Assembly: GCF_964355755.1 (NCBI RefSeq)
Contig: NC_092674.1
Location: forward strand, 4,650,001-4,714,000
Direction of reading: 5' to 3'
DNA length: 64,000 nt
Source of the DNA: Antedon mediterranea
Lineage: Eukaryota; Animalia; Echinodermata
This document shows positions 1-10,125 of this stretch, piece by piece; the stretch's first letter is position 1; the number at the start of each line of letters is the position of its first letter. The notes under the pieces were generated by a model. It was not told where the DNA came from and did not search any database. It was given only the letters and a program-made list of their open reading frames with translations. The position numbers and the translations under genes are program-made.

Positions 1-112
1 TCTAAACTAGTTTGACAAAAAAAAGTGTGATGTGTCCAAATATGGTAGTGATAACCCAAATATGGTAGTGATATGACATCATCATGTCAATATATGGGCA
101 CATCACATAAAA
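1..112 (-). mobile_element. MITE family A (Harbinger/PIF-like), partial copy at the window edge
   Basis: Same core as the other copies (TATGGTAGTGATATGACATCATCATGTC). Confidence 0.8.
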
Positions 113-123
113 TTATGACTTAC

Positions 124-708
124 TCGGGCAAGAAATAGCTCGAATTCCGGCTAGAATCTGATTTGGTGGTGGCGATGTGAACACGGATCCAGCCACTGCT
201 GCCGATAACATTCCCTTTCCTACAAAACCTAGTTTCACAAAAAGCATAACATGTTATACAATATAATAATAATATAGCTGTATATGAATACAAATTAATT
301 AATAAACATTATTATTTTTAACAAATTTGAAAATGAGACGGACCCGCAGCAAAGGGCTCATGGCCAGATCCTCCTCCACTCAAAATCGTCACTTGACCCT
401 TCTTCTTTGCTCCTTCAATATCAGTACGCACAACAACTCGATGGCCTAAAAGAAAAAAAAATCTTTAAAAATTAAATAGTATACTGTATAAACCATACAA
501 CCAAGACAAAAATTGATCAGCAAGTTTACCAGAGAAGAAATGATTATAAAAAAACACGCGTCTAAAAAAAATTATAGCTACGCAAGAACAGAATCTCTAG
601 CATACCTTTTAGAATCCTGACGTTGAGATTGACTGCCGCCACGCCTTCTAACATCTCGTCCACACATGACTCAGTCGAGTTTAGCAGTTGCTTTTGTTGC
701 CCAGACAT
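124..708 (-). CDS. TKFC: Triokinase/FMN cyclase (dihydroxyacetone kinase), first three coding exons; gene continues beyond the left edge
   Basis: Exons 708-606, 445-344 and 228-124 are GT-AG and phase-compatible. They translate to [100 protein letters not shown], which carries the DhaK signatures SGGGSGHEP and GxVFTSP. The exons are too short for the ORF track. Confidence 0.93.
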
Positions 709-735
709 TTCTAAATTAATGCAAGTCAGATCTAA

Positions 736-902
736 AGCTCTCTGTCTATACTATCAACCTTTATGTGACAAAAAAAAATTGATGTGCCCATAATTATATG
801 GACATGATGATGTCATATCACTACCATATTTGGAATATCACTTCCACATTTGGGCATATCACACTTTTTTTGTCAGACTAATTTAATAGTGTAGACAGAG
901 CT
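736..902 (+). mobile_element. MITE family A (Harbinger/PIF-like)
   Basis: TIR AGCTC(TC)TGTCTAyACTAT...ATAGTGTAGACAGAGCT, flanked by TAA/TTA. Confidence 0.85.
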
Positions 903-1149
903 TTAGCAATAGAAAACAAATACATGCTATGAATTATTATTACTCTACACAACACTGCTTAAACCAAAATATCACAAACTTTTACGTGACTTTTTAGCGA
1001 GTTCAACTCCAAAAAAATCTAATAAAATTCTGTATTAAATGTATATAAAAAAAATAATATAACAAATACTGTAACATATAATATATTCAGCATTTAGGTT
1101 CTTCTTCTGAAAAGTTAAATTTATGCAAAATTTGTTAAATATCTGAAAT

Positions 1150-1270
1150 GTTTAGTAAATAAACTCCACTTTTAACAGTGAGGAACAACAATCGTGAGGA
1201 TGGTTAAAATTAACACAGCGCCCTCTTCGCTATGAAAGCGACAATAAACATTAGGTAAAAATGGCGACAC
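1150..1270. promoter_or_regulatory. Putative shared (bidirectional) promoter region of MRPL30 and TKFC
   Basis: The two ATGs point away from each other about 550 bp apart. A YY1-type AAAATGGCG overlaps the MRPL30 start (1258-1266), and a CTCF-like AGAGGGCGC lies on the minus strand at about 1218-1226. Confidence 0.5.
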
Positions 1271-4189
1271 AGGCTCTGAAAAACGTGGTAAGAAATCATA
1301 GAATTCACATAGATATACAATCAAGCTATAATAAATAACAAATCAACAGTGCACTGAATTAAATGTAGATACGGCTATCACTTTTTATCAGTCCCTGACG
1401 TAAGCCTTTAAGGGCTAGGCCAAGTTGGATGGAAAGTAGTTGTGGGTTGTTGTGACCCTGTCTGTGTGAGTGAGTGCTGTGCCTGTCTTGTCCAGGTCTT
1501 TTCAGTACTAGGCTAGCTAGCATACCCTGGCTGGGTGTGGTGAAATGTCAACAAATGAACCGAGTATTTTTGGAATGTTATGTCAGAAATTAAAATTTTC
1601 TAGGTCTTGTTCTCACCTTAGTAATACAGAGAGGTAGTGAAAGCTTGCTATCGCTGCAGGAAAATCAAGCAAAACTGACTTCAAACTTGTAAATAAATAA
1701 ATACATTGACGGTACGGCTCGTTTTTTTTTAACCGTATGTTACGCTCGACTTTGACCTACTAATTCATGGAGCGCCGAATTCGTCATACAATCAATCAAA
1801 TCATGTGATTTACTTGATCGACTCTTTTTTACGTTTGAGATCAGGATGTTACTCCATTTCTAAATGATTTAATTATTATATTTTATTTCAAACAATATTT
1901 TATTTCTCTGATTGTTTTTGTTCAAATTCTAGATTTTCAGACCACAAAATTGGATAATCAACAATAAACCGATTTGCAGTCATATACGCCCATATTGTTC
2001 GGTACATCAACAAGAAAATGTTACTACAGAATCAAAGACAGAGCGCCCTCATATGTTACACGCTGTGTGGAGGGTAAGGGGCTTGGTGCGCAGACCTTAT
2101 ACTGAAAGGAAATTATGTTGGAAGCTTGGTCTGGACAAAGTAAGTGAATACACTTAGCCTCATCCAATTAAAGACCAATGTAAATTAGTATATGAATAAG
2201 TTAGTACTTAAGTGATTCTAATCAAAGACCATACTACTACAGTACTATTGAAACCCTTGCCCCAATATACAATTTGAATAAAAGTTACTTAAGTGAATCA
2301 CAGACCATGCTACTACTATTAAAACCCATTGGCCGTACATCAATTCACACTTAGGGAAATACTTTATTTAAAAAAATTTAAGGGACGACATACTTAAATA
2401 TGTATTGATTTAAGTGAAATATCTCACTTAAGTGTGATTGGTAAATATGGCCTTTGAATCAAATAGAGCATTTATGAAAAATTCAGAGACCAATCAACAT
2501 CCACTCTCCCAACCCCTCTGCCCCACCCATTGTTGAGGAGTGAGTCTGAAAGAATGACCTTTTATTGACTGTCTTGTACATAAAGCATTGTGTAATGTTA
2601 AATTAGCTTTGCCAGGAAATGTCAGTACATGTTAACCTGTTTATTCATGCAGTTAATTCTTTTGCACTTCCTCCCTCAGAGGTTAGCAATGAGTGAGTCT
2701 TTGTAAAATATCAATCTTTGTTTTCAGGAGGACAAAAACAATTTTTTTAAATAAAAAATGAGTGTATAGAATTGTATTGTGTGTTTCTATTCCATATATT
2801 GATGACATTCTCTGTGTAAACTAATAAATGACTGTGGTCCATTCATCCATTAAAGACTTGTTCGAGAGCAGCTTGTGCGCCCCTCATCTCAAATCAGTCT
2901 TCCCTCCAAACTTTAATTTAATATAATTTGTATCATGATACAAAATTTAATTTAAGAAAATGATAATGATAAATGAAAAAAAAAGCGGGAAGAAGTGCGG
3001 CACCCCCTGGATCTGCCCTTGTTTTTAAACAAATAATAATAATTTTTAGTGTACAGTATGTCAATGTCATGTCCCATACAAAAGTAGTAAATATATAAGA
3101 TTGTTTACCAAAAGACTGAGGGTACCTTAATGTAATATCCTGTCATTTCATACTACATTTGGACTTGTACTCCGGTGTGAGTGATGTTTTGAGAAAACAT
3201 CTGTGAACTGTTACAGTACTCACTTCCTCAGAGAACAAGCTTTGAATCATCACCCCCAGGGGGAAAGTACGTGACGAGTGTGTTCAATAATCGAAAATAC
3301 ATAACGTGTCATTCAACCCTATACAGATTTTTGTTTTTATGAAACCCACAACAAAAAGATTCCTCTTCAGCTCTGTCTACACTATCAAACTAGTTTGACA
3401 AAAATAGTGTGATGTTCCTAAATATGGTAGTGATATGCTTAAATATGGTAGTGATATGACATCATCATGTCCATATATGGGCACATTTTTGTCACATAAA
3501 GTTTGTTAGTGTAGACATAATTTATGATGTACAGTAAACATTTTATTATCACATTTTTTGCTTGTTCTTCTGCTAGTTAAAATACTTTTTATTTATTAAC
3601 AACATGAAACAAAAAAATGAATAAAATTAAACTCTGAATAGGCCATTTGTACTTTTAATAAAGAAACAAAAATAATAATTTTTTTTTTGTTCAATTTTCA
3701 GGTACAAACAATAACATACAATAACATACAACGGTGCAGTACCCCGGGGATTTTCATGAATTCTAAAGCTTTGTTCCGACAATGATGCAACGCCAGGACG
3801 TAGCGCAACGCAAAGTGATTTGACAAATCACAAAGGATAGATTATTTAAACAGTCGCATGTGATTGGTCAACTTGCCTGCGTTGTTATGAGTCATAACTG
3901 GTTGTCATACAGAATCTTTTTTCTTCTAAATCTCTAATTATGTCCTTATTTTCAGAGATTTCAAGCAAAAATCCATAAAAATACACCCCAAGTGAACATC
4001 CTGCTAAGGAAAATACAACATCTGATTCGCGTTAAGCCCGTCATTTTAAAAGACGGCATACCGGAAAAGGAGGACTTTGAAAATTGCCAACTGAAATGGA
4101 ACGGTGAATTAATAATTAAGAAGAAACTGGAACCAACTTCTTCTTCTCAAAGTGTACAACATTCATTGACGGATGGCAGCAACAAATAA
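1261..4189 (+). CDS. MRPL30: Mitochondrial ribosomal protein L30 (uL30m), complete CDS, 3 exons, about 155 aa
   Basis: Exons 1261-1287 (MATQALKNV|gtaag), 1933-2139 (...PHMLHAVWRVRGLVRRPYTERKLCWKLGLDK|gtaag) and 3956-4189 (RFQAKIHKNTPQVNILLRKIQHLIRVKPVILKDGIP...CQLKWNGELII...*), all phase 0. These match the uL30m motifs PHxLH..RRPY..LGL..HKN.P.VN..L..HLIR.KP. Confidence 0.9.
2331..2452. mobile_element. Short MITE (GGCCGTA...TATGGCC termini); related inverted copy at 31878-31988
   Basis: Imperfect TIRs with CACACTTA/TAAGTGTG arms, and the core TATCTCACTTAAGTGTGATTG shared with 31878-31988. Confidence 0.55.
3369..3521 (-). mobile_element. MITE family A
   Basis: AGCTCTGTCTACACTATCAAACTAGTTTG...GTCACATAAAGTTTGTTAGTGTAGAC. 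Confidence 0.85.
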
Positions 4190-4236
4190 GACCGTGGTTG
4201 AAGTACGTAAAGTGAACTAAGAGGAAACATTCTGAA

Positions 4237-4577
4237 GTTCTGTTTACCATTACACTATCAAACTTTATGTTACAAACAAATGTGATATGCCCATACAGGT
4301 CTTGTCTTTTAAGGCGAGCGAGTGTGATCACTCATTTAACACGCTCCTAAACTGCCCTTGAGGATTGTGATTTACAACATGCTTAAATTTGGTAAACTTC
4401 TACACACCAAAATACAAACAGCACACCTACAGCATCCCTGAATGTATTGAGGAGTGCAGTTTGCCTGCCCAAACATGAACATGATGATGTCATACCACTA
4501 TATGTGGGCATATCACTACCATATTTGGGCACATCACACTTTTTTTGTCAAACTAGTTTGATAGTGTAGATAGAGCT
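4237..4577 (+). mobile_element. MITE family A interrupted by a nested insertion of about 170 bp (4298-4467)
   Basis: Left half ends at GCCCATACA and the right half resumes at CCCAAACATGAACATGATG. It lies just 3' of the MRPL30 stop. Confidence 0.75.
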
Positions 4578-4660
4578 TAACAATCATACAAATGAGTGCA
4601 TCTGGTGATATTTTGAAGCTTGCATAAGTTTATGCAAATGAAATGAACAGTTATATAACA

Positions 4661-5606
4661 GGGGTCAGATTTATCAAAACTTGCTTAACAATGTAATCTT
4701 TGTAGTAAGTCAATAATTAGTCCATTCAACTAGTTGGATAACTGAACGCTAATTTACATAGACGGTAAACAGTAAGCGGAAAAGCATGTTAACTTGTCCC
4801 ACGTATAATCTTTATCTATCCTGAGCGGAATCCACCCATCCACTCACACAGTGACATTGTGTGTAAATGGTTATAAGGAATAACATAGATTCTATAATTG
4901 TTATTACCATTACCGCTCGTGTCTGTAAATTAGCCTTTAAGCTTGATTCTTAAACTTAAAGCTGAGGTACAGGCATGAATTTTAAATATAATATTTGGTT
5001 AATTGTACATAAATCAAATATTTGTAACAGAAATCAAGACGAAAAAACATGAATTTCCCTTAATATGGCCAAATACAAAATTTTGCAAAATTCTTCCATA
5101 AAAACCAGGAAGACCTTTTTTCAGTAGTTAGGTAGTTAACCTAATGTAATAACATGTCTTGTGACTCCCTAGAAGGTGAAAAAAGATGGTGGATATACGG
5201 TGGATAATTTTTGCTATAGCATGAAAATAAAAATTTGAAGTTGAATAAAAATTCCAAAAATGTAATATTCAAGTTATATTACCTATACTTAGTCATCTGA
5301 AATTTTTTTTTTACCACACTGTTGATTTTTCGTAGCTTTTTAAAATGCCTCTCTATTTACAAAATTTGTGTACAAAAGAATAGAGATTTTACTGTGTAAT
5401 TTGAACTATCCCCCCACTGATAAGAAAGTGCTTATTTTCAACAAGCTCGTGTAACACAAATAAAATTCCAAAAATTATGAAACATAGGGGAAACTATAGA
5501 TCGATAATTAATGGAATGTATGATCAATGGCAATTTGTTGCCCGCACCTGGCCTTTAAGCACTGCTGAACTATCTTGACTTAAGCAAAAATTGATAAATG
5601 ATTACT
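4661..5606. mobile_element. Nested non-autonomous DNA transposons: outer Harbinger-like element with inner elements at 4746-4936 and 4960-5554
   Basis: Outer IR is ATTTATCAAAACTTGCTTAA / TTAAGCAAAAATTGATAAAT. Inner IR is GCTAATTTACAtAGACG / CGTGTCTGTAAATTAGC. The third element is TTAA|AGCTGAGGTAC...GCACCTGGCCT|TTAA (Kolobok-like, degenerate TIR). Confidence 0.55.
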
Positions 5607-6058
5607 GATTGTGAAAGAGCTGTACTCTTACTGATTGTGAAAGAGCTGTACTCTTACTGATTGTGAAAGAGCTGTACTCTTACTGATTGTGAAAGAGCTG
5701 TACTCTTACTGATTGTGAAAGAGCTGTACTCTTACTGATTGTGAAAGAGCTGTACTCTTACTGATTGTGAAAGAACTGTACTCTTACTGATTGTGAAAGA
5801 GCTGTACTCTTACTGATTGTGAAAGAGCTGTACTCTTACTGATTGTGAAAGAGCTGTACTCTTACTGATTGTGAAAGAGCTGCACTCTTACTGATTGTGA
5901 AAGAGCTGTACTCTTACTGATTGTGAAAAAGCTGTACTCTTACTGATTGTGAAAGAGCTGTACTCTTACTGATTGTGAAAGAGCTGTACTCTTACTGATT
6001 GTGAAAGAGCTGTACTCTTACTGATTGTGAAAGAGCTGTACTCTTACTGATTGTGAAA
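5602..6058. repeat. 26-bp minisatellite, about 17.5 near-identical copies
   Basis: Unit TTACTGATTGTGAAAGAGCTGTACTC. Only three single substitutions are seen (about 5775, 5883, 5929) and there are no spacers. Confidence 0.97.
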
Positions 6059-6222
6059 ACATGGATGGTCGGTGGTGCTCAATTTAAAAATGTGTAATAA
6101 ATGAAAAATAAAGTTATACTATAAACTATTTACTTTTAATAATTGTCAAATTTGTGTGTACTAGATTATAGGACATGTTGAGATCAATGACAGTGATATT
6201 TATTTGCCTATCATGGTATCAC

Positions 6223-6417
6223 CTCTCTCTCTCTCTCTCTCGAAGTGCCATATCATGAGACTTTGGCGATCATGTTGTGCCACAATTCTCTGTCTATTGC
6301 CATATTCAGCAACTCCACTTCTTTGGTATTCTCGCCTCTATTCCGAATCCATTCAGCTATGCTGGCCAACCAAGTGACTCTTTTCCTCCCCCTGCTCCTT
6401 CTTCCTTCTTCTTCCAC
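6223..6417 (-). mobile_element. RTE-clade LINE 3' fragment with (GA)n tail
   Basis: The minus strand reads EGRRSRGRKRVTWLASIAEW...EVELLNMAIDRELWHNMIAKVS*, the typical RTE C-terminus (GxRxRGR..W...A.DR..W), followed directly by (GA)9. Confidence 0.8.
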
Positions 6418-6659
6418 CTATATTACCTGTATTAAACAAAGTTTAGATATTTTCAATCATGGTCAAAGTTAGACTTGCCCCTTGTCTAGATAAATCCCTG
6501 AGTATGCATACTTTATGTCAAAAGTGTAAAATACACTGAAAAGATAAATAGGAAAAGATTTATTTGCTTTAACATGCTCCATTAAATCTGCAGGAACTCG
6601 AACAATTATTTGACAGAAAAAACAAATATTTCCTTTGCCAGTGGCCAATTGGATTGTGA

Positions 6660-7085
6660 CCGTAAATCTTCTATTTGTAACCCTGGGTTATTATTCTTTG
6701 ATTGTTTTTTAGGGTGGGTTACTATTAGAAGGGGGGTTACTATTAGAAGGGAGGATACTATTAGAAGAAGGTTACTATTACTAATGTTAAATTAGGCACC
6801 TGAAAATAGTAACCCACCCAAACTCAAAGGTACAAATAAACAAATTTGTTTGAACTCAAAACACTCAATCTTCCCTCACCCCCGAGATCAACATGCATTA
6901 TCTCCTTATTTTCAAAATACGGCTGTCATTAAAAAACAGACCAGTCTTCATGAGGTCATTTTATCAATAGTTTTTGTCAATCTAATAGTAACCCCATGGG
7001 TTACTATTAGAGTAGTGGGTTATTATTATAGATTGACTTATAAGGTAGGTTACTATTAGAAGGGGGTTACTATTAGGAGTTACGG
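6660..7085. mobile_element. Tc1/mariner-type MITE
   Basis: TIR CCGTAAATCTTCTATTTGTAACCC / GGGTTACTATTAGGAGTTACGG|TA, with many internal GG(G)TTACTATTAG motif copies. Confidence 0.7.
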
Positions 7086-7425
7086 TAATTAATGCTATTT
7101 TTCTTTGGATTAAGAAATTTACAAGGCTGGCTGGGCTGACGGTTTTAGCTACCTATTCGTGATTCACCAACATTGAACATTAAACTACGTCAAAAATCCT
7201 TTTTTAAGTACTCCAATATTTGATATGGAAAAAGTAATAGTATAACGGGTTTTGCATTTGTGACGTCATCTATGCAAATTAATACCAAGACGTTGCGGAA
7301 GTTCGTGAAATTGTCAAGATGGGAACAAGTGTAATAATGTGTTCCAGAATTGCAGGAAGATTACCGACAGTTTGAAAACAATGAATACTTCAATGAAAAC
7401 AATGAGCCAAAGTCTGTGTTGTGGT

Positions 7426-7573
7426 CAGTGGCGTAACCCAGGGACCCTGAGCTCAAGGGGCCCCCGAGACAGATATTAAAATGTGTCGAAAAGGGCTGAT
7501 AACACCCGATGCTTCCAGGGTTGGAGGGCCACTTAGGGTTCCTAAACCAGAAGCCTCTGCGTTATGCTACATG
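7426..7573. mobile_element. hAT-type MITE
   Basis: CAGTGGCGTAAC...GTTATGCTACATG with a perfect 8-bp TSD GTTGTGGT (7418-7425 and 7574-7581). Confidence 0.85.
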
Positions 7574-7827
7574 GTTGTGGTACCTTGTTTTTTTTTTCTC
7601 TTTTGTGGCGCAAACACCACTTTTATTCACATTCATATTATCTCATATTACATAAAATCGTATTATTTAACTTGTAAATGTCGTTACAGTTCATAAGTAA
7701 CATTTTTACATATATGAATTCTGTATTACTCCTTTTTTCATTAATTTTCTTATATTTTGTTACCTTGTTGGGTCAATAAGACAATATAATATTTGATGGA
7801 TTCAAGAAGTCATACAACCGTCTTGTA

Positions 7828-8352
7828 GGCTTGGTTCCCACTAGACGCAACGCAAGGACGTAAATGCAAGCCAGTAATCTGACCAATCATGACGCAATGG
7901 TCACATTTTCAATTCATTCACATTTATTCATCATTAAGATCCTTCGCGTTAAGATTAAATTATCTGCGTTGCGCTTACGTCCTTGCTTTGCGTCCTAGTG
8001 ATTTAATCTTCAACCAAAAAGGAAGACATGCATAGATAAAAACATTACTGGATCCTACAGTAAAGCGCACACGCAAAGATCAGACGGTGATTGGTCAAAT
8101 TACCTTCGTGGCGAGACGTGTCATAGTGGGAAACAAAGTTTTCGCTTGCGTTGTGTTCTACTAGTGGGAACTAAGCTTTAATCTTTAACCAAAAAGAAAG
8201 ACGTGTCTAAATAAAATAGTAAACATTTTTTAGGCAGCTGTATTCTTGTCCCGACTGGATCCAATAGTTAAGCTTTGTTGAAGGACGCACACGCAAAAAT
8301 CAAATTACTTTCGCGGCGCGTTCGTTATGTCATAGTGGGAAACAAAGTTTTC
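7828..8352. mobile_element. Cluster of MITE family C (GGTTCCCACTAG...CTAGTGGGAAC termini) with a local duplication; related copies at about 3768-3890 and 26521-26593
   Basis: Arms GCTTGGTTCCCACTAGACGCAACGCAAGGACGTAA and TTACGTCCTTGC..GCG...CTAGTGGGAACTAAGCT. Segment 8002-8143 is repeated at 8181-8352. Confidence 0.65.
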
Positions 8353-8365
8353 AGTATGCGTATTA

Positions 8366-8528
8366 AGCTCTGTCTACACTATCAAACGTTATGTGACAAC
8401 AAAATATGATGTGCCCATATATGGACATGATGATGTCATATCACTACCATATTTGGGCATATCCCTGCCATATTTGGGCACATCACACTTTTTTTTGTCA
8501 AACTAGTTTGATAGTGTAGACAGAGTCT
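8366..8528 (+). mobile_element. MITE family A
   Basis: Near-complete TIRs and core. Confidence 0.88.
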
Positions 8529-9879
8529 TAACAAGCAGGTTCCGAATCTCAACCATGACATTGTTTTCTCTAACAAACTCTTTAGGATGTTTCTTATTGC
8601 ATAACCGTTTCCAGCCACTGGTCGACCGTGTCTGAATCATAAGGTCACAGGACATTCTGAGTATAATAATAAACGGCCATTGACCTTAGATGTTGGGGAC
8701 AATGGTGAAAATGTCAAACGTCTTTGTTTACCTAGATGAATGGTTAGGAAGTGTCTGGCCCACATTTAGTTAAATTAAAATCCTCTTTTTTCGACATGTA
8801 TTTTCGCACTTCTCTATTTTTGTTTCTGGATACAGGTCATGATACATCATAACAATTTATGTTTATTTTCTGACTTTCAAAATTTTCAGTCAGAAATTCA
8901 ATTGCATTTTGTGTTGGTATAATCAATACAAAAAATATATTTCAATTCGTCACTTTTACGAAGTGAAATTTGTTATTAAATAAATATATTATATGCATGC
9001 ATGTAACTAAAAGAAGTAGGCCCTATATATGATCGATGATTGGATAATCTGATTCCGAGTTGGTACAAAGTTAAATTGGAGTTCAATGTACTTCTTGCGT
9101 AGTAAATTAATCTTATTACATTTAATTTAGCATTTTTTGTAACTTGTACACGTGACACCAACAATAAATCCTTTGACTCACAATTGTCAATACATTTCAA
9201 TACATGTGAAGGAGTGCCCGCTGAGTTTCGTCTTATTATTCAGAAGATTAATTGCCATAGGGCTGTACCTGTATTGTTATTTTCAATTGGCCTTGGGGTA
9301 TTTGGAGGAATTACCTGTTTAGATACAAACACTTCCATGTAAGCCTATATTTATGTAGAAATATGTACGGGCTATGTACGCGTTGCCCTTCAAAGTGAAT
9401 AAATATAAGTTTTTGGATTTTATACTTTTACAAGAGTGCATCCATAAGAAATATACCCCCCCCCCCTCCCCAAAAAAAAAAAACATGATATAGTAAACAA
9501 CAATAAGAAGTCGATGTAGGTCAACATTTCAAAACAATTCGACTCAGTACAGTAACTACAATACCATTGATAGTTATCACTAAGAGGAAACCCACTGACA
9601 CCTAAAAATACAAAACTACAAGAAGTAAACATATAGAATAAGTTAAGAACTGTACAATATAAAATTAATGAATTGGACAACAACAATGTAGAATAACCAT
9701 ATAATGAGATAGATATCAAACATTTGGTTTAACTGATGAACATTACTCGCCTAGAACATTACATCTGTGTGCCCATGCTCTTTTAACATACCCGGTAGTG
9801 CTTACAGTAACGATCAAAGACATTTGATATGGAATCGACGTCATACATATAGGCCTATAATAGTAGTTATCAGTTCCAC

Positions 9880-9916
9880 CATAGAGATATTATAGTGAAC
9901 TAATAATATCTCTATG
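9880..9916. mobile_element. 37-bp hairpin insertion (P-element-like micro-MITE)
   Basis: Perfect 14-bp TIR CATAGAGATATTAT and 7-bp TSD GTTCCAC (9873-9879 and 9917-9923). Confidence 0.75.
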
Positions 9917-9999
9917 GTTCCACCTACTGCAATACAAGATTTTGGTGTTAATAAAAAGAGATAAAATCTTCCCATACATTTTAATGATTGACATCGATT

Positions 10000-10031
<32 letters not shown>

Positions 10032-10125
10032 TAATGTATACAGTTAACATTTTTTTAAATAATATATAAAAAAATGAGAAATGGGTATACCCCACTGGAA
10101 GCTAAGCTTTAAAATGTGGGGTCCA
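10000..10125 (-). mobile_element. L2/Crack-type retroposon 3' tail with (ATTG)n microsatellite
   Basis: The minus strand has a stem-loop GGACCCCAC...GTGGGGT, then AT-rich sequence, then (ATTG)7. Confidence 0.5.

Noticed and set aside
5602-6058. CRISPR-like array
   Set aside because: The 26-bp units are directly adjacent with no unique spacers, there are no cas genes and the context is eukaryotic. It is a minisatellite.
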